A stretch of DNA of 64,000 nucleotides, taken from assembly GCA_963674745.2 (NCBI GenBank), contig CAXXDV010000003.1, forward strand, positions 1,664,001 through 1,728,000, in the 5' to 3' direction. Made by a program: the position numbers and the translations under genes. Shown here one piece after another: positions 58,011-64,000 of the stretch. The notes under the pieces were generated by a model that saw nothing but the letters and a program-made list of their open reading frames with translations, ran no database searches and was not told the DNA's origin. This stretch comes from Desulfosudaceae bacterium. GTDB taxonomy: Bacteria > Desulfobacterota > Desulfobacteria > Desulfobacterales > Desulfosudaceae. Position 1 is the first letter of the stretch. Each line of letters starts with the position of its first letter.

Positions 58011-59669
58011 TTATTGTGCTTTGTACTCTTCTTTGAGCACTTTTCTCAAAATCTTACCGACATTGGATTTCGGCAGTTCCGTCCTGAATTCAACCATTGT
58101 AGGCAGTTTGTATTTGGCGAGCCTGGCGGCGCAAAAATCGATGATCTCCTGTTCCGTGGCGCTTTCCCCTTCTTTTAACACGACAAAGGCTTTGATCTGC
58201 TCACCGCGTTTTTCATGGGGTACGCCGATACACGAGGCTTCCAGCACCTTGGGATGATGATACAACGCTTCATCGACTTCACGGGGATAGATGTTATATC
58301 CACCGGAAATGATCATGTCTTTTTTACGGTCGACAATATAAAAAAAGCCCTCTTCATCCATGGTGGCGATGTCTCCGGTATAAAGCCAGCCGTCTTTCAG
58401 GGCTTTGGCGGTTTCTTCGGGTCGCTTCCAGTACCCCTTCATCACCTGGGGACCTTTAATGATCATCTCTCCCGGTTCGCCCGGAGGCACTTGCGTCGTA
58501 CCCTCCTCAATATCAACCAGACGCACAGACGTACCGGGGTAAGGCACGCCGATACTGCCGATTTTCTGTTTTCTTTCAATAGGGTTTGAATGGGTAACCG
58601 GAGACGCTTCCGTAAGGCCGAAGCCTTCGTTAATAATGACCCCGGCTTTATCTTTATAAGCATTGATAACCTCAACCGGAAGCGGCGCGCTTCCGGACAT
58701 GAGGTTCTCGATAAAAGTCAAATCCAGGTCTTTGAAATCCGGATGGTTCAGCATGCCGATATACATGGTCGGGACCAGGCAGGCGGTTATTGGCCGGTAA
58801 TGTGTAATGGCCGGTATGAGGAATTCCGGCTGGGGTTTTCCGACCAGAACCGTTTTCCGCGCGTAATAGAAGCCCACGTTCATGACCGCTGTAAGACCGT
58901 ACACATGGAAAAAAGGAATCGCACCGATCTGGGTTCCGCCATCCCCCCTGGTCCGGTTGGGATACCAGGCATCGATCTGAAAAAGCTGGGCGGCCAGGTT
59001 CCTGTGAGTCAGCATGGCGCCTTTGGATACTCCCGTCGTACCGCCGGTATACTGAAGCTGACAGACGTCATCGAGTCCGACTTTTACCACGGGGGGAGCG
59101 GGGTTGTATTTTTCCATCAGGTCCTTCCAGAAATATACATCGGCCGCTTCCCTGGGAGGTGCCGTCAATATGGCGCTGGTATCAGCCCCTTGGGGAAGAT
59201 AGTCTTTGAGGCAGATACAGATGACCTGCTTAACACCGGTATCCGGCCTTACATCGAGTATGGCATTGCCGAAAAAATCAACCGTTATAACGATCTTTGC
59301 TTCCGAATCGTTAAACTGTTGCTCGAGTTCAGGCGGCGTGTATAGCGGGTTGTTCATGACCGTCTGCGCCCCGATTTTCATAATGGCGTAATATGATATA
59401 ACCAGATGCAGCACATTGGGGAGGTGAATGGCAACCTTGTCGCCTTTTTGAATGCCCATGTCAGCCAGGCACGTTGCCAGGCGGTAAGCCTGATCCTTTA
59501 TCTCGCCGAACGTCATTTCATATCCTAAAGACACAAAACCGACTTTATCCGGATACCGGTTACAGGTGTCCTCATAAATATCGAGAAGCGTTTCGTCCGT
59601 AAAAACGACATCCTCAGGAACGCCTTCGTCATACATTTTCAACCACGGTTTTTCATCATATATGCTCAT
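58011..59669 (-). CDS. Long-chain fatty acid--CoA ligase
   Basis: QYTGGTTGVSKG, GFGLTE, GWLYTGD, DRKKDMI, VGKILR. Confidence 0.93.
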   Translation of the reverse strand: MSIYDEKPWLKMYDEGVPEDVVFTDETLLDIYEDTCNRYPDKVGFVSLGYEMTFGEIKDQAYRLATCLADMGIQKGDKVAIHLPNVLHLVISYYAIMKIGAQTVMNNPLYTPPELEQQFNDSEAKIVITVDFFGNAILDVRPDTGVKQVICICLKDYLPQGADTSAILTAPPREAADVYFWKDLMEKYNPAPPVVKVGLDDVCQLQYTGGTTGVSKGAMLTHRNLAAQLFQIDAWYPNRTRGDGGTQIGAIPFFHVYGLTAVMNVGFYYARKTVLVGKPQPEFLIPAITHYRPITACLVPTMYIGMLNHPDFKDLDLTFIENLMSGSAPLPVEVINAYKDKAGVIINEGFGLTEASPVTHSNPIERKQKIGSIGVPYPGTSVRLVDIEEGTTQVPPGEPGEMIIKGPQVMKGYWKRPEETAKALKDGWLYTGDIATMDEEGFFYIVDRKKDMIISGGYNIYPREVDEALYHHPKVLEASCIGVPHEKRGEQIKAFVVLKEGESATEQEIIDFCAARLAKYKLPTMVEFRTELPKSNVGKILRKVLKEEYKAQ

Positions 59670-59726
59670 GGGTCACACCTCTTATTTGAAGCTGATATTC
59701 ATTAATTTTCAATACACGCGTTATTG

Positions 59727-60233
59727 TTATTCAGCCTGGGGCGGCGCCATCACCTTGATAACGATTTTTTCGATACCGATAATTCCGGCGATAAATATGG
59801 CACCGCCAATAATGAGAATTGCTGCCAGCACGACCGGATTTTGTGCATCAGGTGTTTTCATATATGTTCCCGCAAAAAGGATGGCCATAAATGCGTAATT
59901 ATTAAAAAGCCACGGAATAATCTCTCCCAGCGCGACAATACAGTATACAAACAACAGCACGAAGGTTAAGAAGGCCGGAAATTGTGATAACCCCAGACGC
60001 ATGAGAAAAGGGATAAAATACCCGGCGGCAATGATTAAAAGGATCCCGAAGGCACCGCCGATCAAAATATTCAGCGCTTTTTTCATGTTTCTTTCCTCGA
60101 CGAAAAAGAAAATCATAACAAAAAAAGCCGGCCACGCAGGAAGGTTTACAGCGTGACAGATCACCTCCCCTATGCCGATCAGGATGATGAGCAGAAGGCC
60201 AAAGAACAGTCTGATTTTATTAAATTTTACCAT
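59727..60233 (-). CDS. Small polytopic membrane protein (DUF1097-like)
   Basis: aggag RBS before ATG 60233; several hydrophobic helices; LPAWPAF. Confidence 0.65.
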   Translation of the reverse strand: MVKFNKIRLFFGLLLIILIGIGEVICHAVNLPAWPAFFVMIFFFVEERNMKKALNILIGGAFGILLIIAAGYFIPFLMRLGLSQFPAFLTFVLLFVYCIVALGEIIPWLFNNYAFMAILFAGTYMKTPDAQNPVVLAAILIIGGAIFIAGIIGIEKIVIKVMAPPQAE

Positions 60234-60486
60234 GATTCGTCTCCTATTGAATATTGACATTAATACATCGGATTCAATCGTGACCTGTTAATCACGTTAT
60301 CTTTATCGCCGTTATGTTGTGTTTTACCAAACGATGCAGGGGTAATGAAGAAGTTTAAAAAGAAAGTCAAAAGCCAGTGTTAACACCAGTCCTGTGGGAT
60401 TAAACGGTTCGTCAGGATTATTAATAAACCTTTAATATAAATAAGAATTATATTATAATTTTGATTGCACAATCAACAAAAAAGAG

Positions 60487-61746
60487 ATGAACCGACATTC
60501 AGGGGTGCTTATGAACGGTATGCAGCTTTATGGCCTGTCAAGAATATTAACCACGCTTAAGATGGGACGGCATGCCGGATTAAAGGGGTTGAGCCTGAAA
60601 CAGAAGCTGGCCCTGAATCACGTTTTCAGCCAGAGCAAGCTTACCCGTTTGAATGATCGCATTTATTCCAACACCTTTACGCCTTATTATCCTTCAGCTG
60701 CCTATGATCGATTCGTTGATGGCCTGCGTTCCATTATCCGGGGCAGGCCCTGGCCTGTCGTCACTAATTTTGCCGTAACCGCCCGCTGTCCCTGCAACTG
60801 CTGGCACTGTTCCTTTGCCGACCGTTCTCTGCGGGACAAGCTGACACTGGCAGATATGCGAAGCGCCATCGCCCGGGTCCAGGAACTGGGCACCAGCGTC
60901 ATCGGGCTGACCGGCGGTGAACCGCTGTTGCGGGACGATCTGACAGATATTATTGCGGCCATTGACGAGCGGTCCATGTCGCTTTTGTTCACCACCGGAT
61001 TTGAACTCACCCGCCAACGGGTAAAAGACTTCAAGGCCGCCGGCCTGGGGATACCGGTTATCAGCCTGGACCATTATGATCCCGACATTCACGACCGGGG
61101 AAGAAACCGTAAAGGCATGCACGCCACAGCGTTAAAGGCCATTGAACTGTTTCAAAAGGAAGGCTTTTACGTTGCCGTTTCCTTTGTTCCGGACCGAAAA
61201 CTGATGAACGAGCCGGACGAGGTTTACAGGGTTATCGAATTTTTTAAATCGTTGGGCATCAACGACATGCGCCTGACGTCGCCCATCCTGGCCGGCAAAC
61301 TGACCGCCCATCCCGAGCTGCTGTTGTCAAAAAAACATGTTAAGACCATTCTTGAAGTTCAACGGTTCTGTACCCGGACCCCCGGCTATCCCGGCGTGTT
61401 CGCCTACGATTTTTTTGAAAGTGAGCATTTTTACGGCTGCGGCGCCGGATACAACTATATGTTCATCGACTCGCTGGGCAATGTCTGTCCTTGTGATTTC
61501 ACCATGCTGTCGTTGGGAAATATGCGTGAACGGCCGCTTGCTGATATCTGGGAAGAAACCAGCCGGGCTTTTTCAAAACCCGGCTGCACTTGTTATGCCA
61601 ACCGTATCGCCGCCACGATCCATGAGAAACATCCCGACCGTTTCCCGTTAAACCGCCGGGATTCCCTGGACATTCTTCATACCTGTCCGCCGGATGACGA
61701 CGAAAAAAAACCATGGATGTACAAAAAACTGGAAAAACCAATATGA
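60487..61746 (+). CDS. Radical SAM protein with SPASM/twitch domain
   Basis: CPCNCWHC, TGGEPLLR, GCGAG...GNVCPCDF...LGN...IW. Confidence 0.9.
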   Translation: MNRHSGVLMNGMQLYGLSRILTTLKMGRHAGLKGLSLKQKLALNHVFSQSKLTRLNDRIYSNTFTPYYPSAAYDRFVDGLRSIIRGRPWPVVTNFAVTARCPCNCWHCSFADRSLRDKLTLADMRSAIARVQELGTSVIGLTGGEPLLRDDLTDIIAAIDERSMSLLFTTGFELTRQRVKDFKAAGLGIPVISLDHYDPDIHDRGRNRKGMHATALKAIELFQKEGFYVAVSFVPDRKLMNEPDEVYRVIEFFKSLGINDMRLTSPILAGKLTAHPELLLSKKHVKTILEVQRFCTRTPGYPGVFAYDFFESEHFYGCGAGYNYMFIDSLGNVCPCDFTMLSLGNMRERPLADIWEETSRAFSKPGCTCYANRIAATIHEKHPDRFPLNRRDSLDILHTCPPDDDEKKPWMYKKLEKPI

Positions 61747-62663
61747 TGATCGACAGTTTTGAAACCATTGTCAACCAGATCAGCAGCGTTGTTCTGGGCA
61801 AGGAGCCCCAGGTGCGCCTGGCCCTGACCTGCCTTTTTGCCCGCGGGCACCTGCTGATCGAGGATTTTCCCGGAATCGGCAAAACCACCCTGGCCAAGGT
61901 ACTGGCCAGGTGCCTGAACCTCAAGTTTCAACGGTTGCAGTTTACCAGCGACATGTTGCCCGGCGATATTCTGGGCATGTCGATTTTTGATCAGAATAAC
62001 GGCACCTTCAGTTTTTACCCCGGCCCCATTTTCACCCAGGTGCTTCTGGCCGATGAGATCAACCGGGCTACACCCAAAACCCAGAGCGCCCTGCTGGAAG
62101 CCATGGAAGAAGGACAAGTCACGATCGAAGGTAAAACCCGCTCTTTGGACAAACCTTTTTTTGTTATCGCAACCCAGAATCCCCTGGAACATTCGGGCAC
62201 CTTTTCACTTCCGGAATCCCAGATGGACCGCTTCCTGATGCGCATCTCCCTGGGATACCCCGATCGCCAGGCCGAAAAAAGAATCCTGACCGGAGAGGGG
62301 GCGGAAAAAGTGCTGGCCGCCATGGACGCCTGCATGATGACGGACTCCGTCCTTCAGATCCAGGAAGATGTCGAACGGGTCCATGCCTCCGACACCTTTG
62401 TAAACTACCTGCAGGACATTCTTTATTTTACCCGGACCTCCGACCACTTTCATATCGGGCTTTCCCCGCGTGCCGGTCTGGCCCTGAGCCGTGCCGCCCG
62501 ATCCTGGGCCTTCCTGCACGGCCGTGACCATACCGTCCCTGAGGATTTGCAAAAGGTCCTGCCCTGGGTCGTCGGCCACCGTCTTTATCGACGTGAAGAT
62601 CGACGGGAAATTCCCTTTGCCCAGTTGACAAAACTGTTAAGCAGTGTCCCGGTACCGATTTGA
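61743..62663 (+). CDS. moxR: MoxR-family AAA+ ATPase
   Basis: EDFPGIGKT, LADEINRATPKTQSALLE, ATQNP, DRF, LSPRA. Confidence 0.93.
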   Translation: MMIDSFETIVNQISSVVLGKEPQVRLALTCLFARGHLLIEDFPGIGKTTLAKVLARCLNLKFQRLQFTSDMLPGDILGMSIFDQNNGTFSFYPGPIFTQVLLADEINRATPKTQSALLEAMEEGQVTIEGKTRSLDKPFFVIATQNPLEHSGTFSLPESQMDRFLMRISLGYPDRQAEKRILTGEGAEKVLAAMDACMMTDSVLQIQEDVERVHASDTFVNYLQDILYFTRTSDHFHIGLSPRAGLALSRAARSWAFLHGRDHTVPEDLQKVLPWVVGHRLYRREDRREIPFAQLTKLLSSVPVPI

Positions 62664-63631
62664 ACCTATTTTACCGCCAGAGGCCATCACGATTGAAGCC
62701 ATACCAAAGGTTCCCTGTAACTCTGGATCATCGCCGGATTTATATATTCCCCACCCGGCACGGCATCCTTTTTCTGGTCGTTCTGATGGCCATGCTGGTA
62801 GGCGCCGTCAACTACAACAACAACCTGGCTTTTATGCTGGTTTTCATGCTGGGCGGCATGACCCTGGTCGGCATGCTGCACACCTATCGTAATCTGTATG
62901 GCCTGCGCCTGTTATCGGCCGCCAGTGAATCTGTTTTTGCCGGCCAGAGGGCCGAATTTGTCTTCAAAGTCGATACCCGGGACCGACCGCGCCGGGCAAT
63001 CGGCTGGTTTTTCAACGACAACCGCCTGGTGGTGGAAAATCTGGAACCGGGAAACGAAGCCCTTGTCCGAATCGGTATGCCAACCAACCGCAGGGGAATC
63101 CTCAGGCCGGACCGGTTAACCGTCTTCAGCCGTTATCCACTTGGCCTGTTTAACGCCTGGACAATTATCAGACCGGACATTACCTGCCTGGTCTATCCAG
63201 CCCCCATTCCCGGGGCTCTGCGTCTGGCACCCGACGAGAATGCGCCGCAGGGGAAAGAAGAGACATCCGCTACGCCTTCGGATCGGCCCGGAACCGATGA
63301 CTTTCATGGTCTGAAGCCCTATCAGCCGGGTCATATGATCGGTCATATTGCCTGGAAGGCCCTCTCCCGGGGCCAGGGTGTATATGTGAAAAACTTTATG
63401 GCTGATCGGCGGGGTGACACCGTCATGCTCGATTATGATCTTATCCGGGCCAAAGACCCGGAAACCCGATTGTCCCGTCTATGCGACATGATCATCAAGG
63501 CCGACGCCACGAACCTGGAATACGGCATCAAGCTTCCGGATGAAATCATTGCCCCGGGCAAAGGCGACCGACACCGGATTTTCTGTCTCAAACGACTGGC
63601 CCTGTTCGGATTGCCGGAAAAAGACCGATGA
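62660..63631 (+). CDS. DUF58 domain protein
   Basis: IYIFPTRHG, NYNNNLAF, YPLGLF, DFHGLKPYQPG, IAWKA. Confidence 0.9.
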   Translation: MNLFYRQRPSRLKPYQRFPVTLDHRRIYIFPTRHGILFLVVLMAMLVGAVNYNNNLAFMLVFMLGGMTLVGMLHTYRNLYGLRLLSAASESVFAGQRAEFVFKVDTRDRPRRAIGWFFNDNRLVVENLEPGNEALVRIGMPTNRRGILRPDRLTVFSRYPLGLFNAWTIIRPDITCLVYPAPIPGALRLAPDENAPQGKEETSATPSDRPGTDDFHGLKPYQPGHMIGHIAWKALSRGQGVYVKNFMADRRGDTVMLDYDLIRAKDPETRLSRLCDMIIKADATNLEYGIKLPDEIIAPGKGDRHRIFCLKRLALFGLPEKDR

Positions 63632-64000
63632 TGGAAAACCGCAGGTACATCCCGCCCATAATTGTCGCGCTGGTGGTGGCTATTCTGCCCCACCTGGGCC
63701 GGCTGCCTTTCTGGATAATCGCCTGGTGCGCCTTCATGTGGGGATTCTTGCTTCTGTCCATTCGATCAGGATGGCCCCGCCCGGGCAAATGGCTGAGCAG
63801 GGTGCTGAGCGTTATCGGCCTGATCGGGGTCTTCCTGACTTACGGTCAAAGTTTCGGTCCGAATGCGTTCATGGGGCTGCTGGCGGTTATGGCCGCGATA
63901 AAGCCGTTTGAAATCCGTACCCACCGGGACCGTGTGATTGTCATTTTTCTGGCCTATTTTATCGTGATCACCGGACTGTTCCTGTCCGAATCGCTCATAA
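63628..64000 (+). CDS. TgpA-family transglutaminase (DUF3488), 5' part, truncated by the window end
   Basis: Open frame MMENRRYIPPIIVALVVAILPHLGRLPFW...KPFEIRTHRD..FLAYF; follows moxR-DUF58. Confidence 0.8.
   Translation, partial: MMENRRYIPPIIVALVVAILPHLGRLPFWIIAWCAFMWGFLLLSIRSGWPRPGKWLSRVLSVIGLIGVFLTYGQSFGPNAFMGLLAVMAAIKPFEIRTHRDRVIVIFLAYFIVITGLFLSESLI

Overview
A gene-dense chromosomal window, most likely from an anaerobic deltaproteobacterium (Desulfobacterota-like). This is inferred from SahR, an HcpR-type Crp/Fnr regulator, a multi-PAS sigma-54 activator, MglB and HgdABC/BCR-type genes. No rRNA, intact tRNA, CRISPR array, integrase or transposase is visible. Housekeeping anchors are sahR-ahcY, carB, fetAB and the moxR-DUF58-tgpA triad at the right edge. 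Much of the rest has a lipid/acyl-CoA catabolic theme: three alpha/beta hydrolases, PlsC, a thioesterase, two acyl-CoA ligases, an Fe-ADH and a GMC oxidoreductase. Most notable: (1) a split regulon at 36.2-46.0 kb, where a near-identical 21-bp palindrome precedes both a GMC oxidoreductase and an operon encoding an acyl-CoA ligase, an unknown helical protein and a four-subunit benzoyl-CoA-reductase/2-hydroxyacyl-CoA-dehydratase-like complex, with a TetR gene between them; (2) a 750-aa protein that reads as HTH + degenerate class III nucleotide cyclase fold + TPR, with tandem palindromes upstream; (3) a ZIP-type transporter with an inserted cNMP-binding domain; (4) a small islet bounded by a decayed 65-bp copy of part of a radical SAM gene; (5) an MglB gene paired with a possible polar scaffold; (6) two membrane-embedded spermidine-synthase-like proteins; plus several clear operators, sigma-54 promoters and a MITE-like palindrome. 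All family calls are by eye from motifs; no database searches were run.
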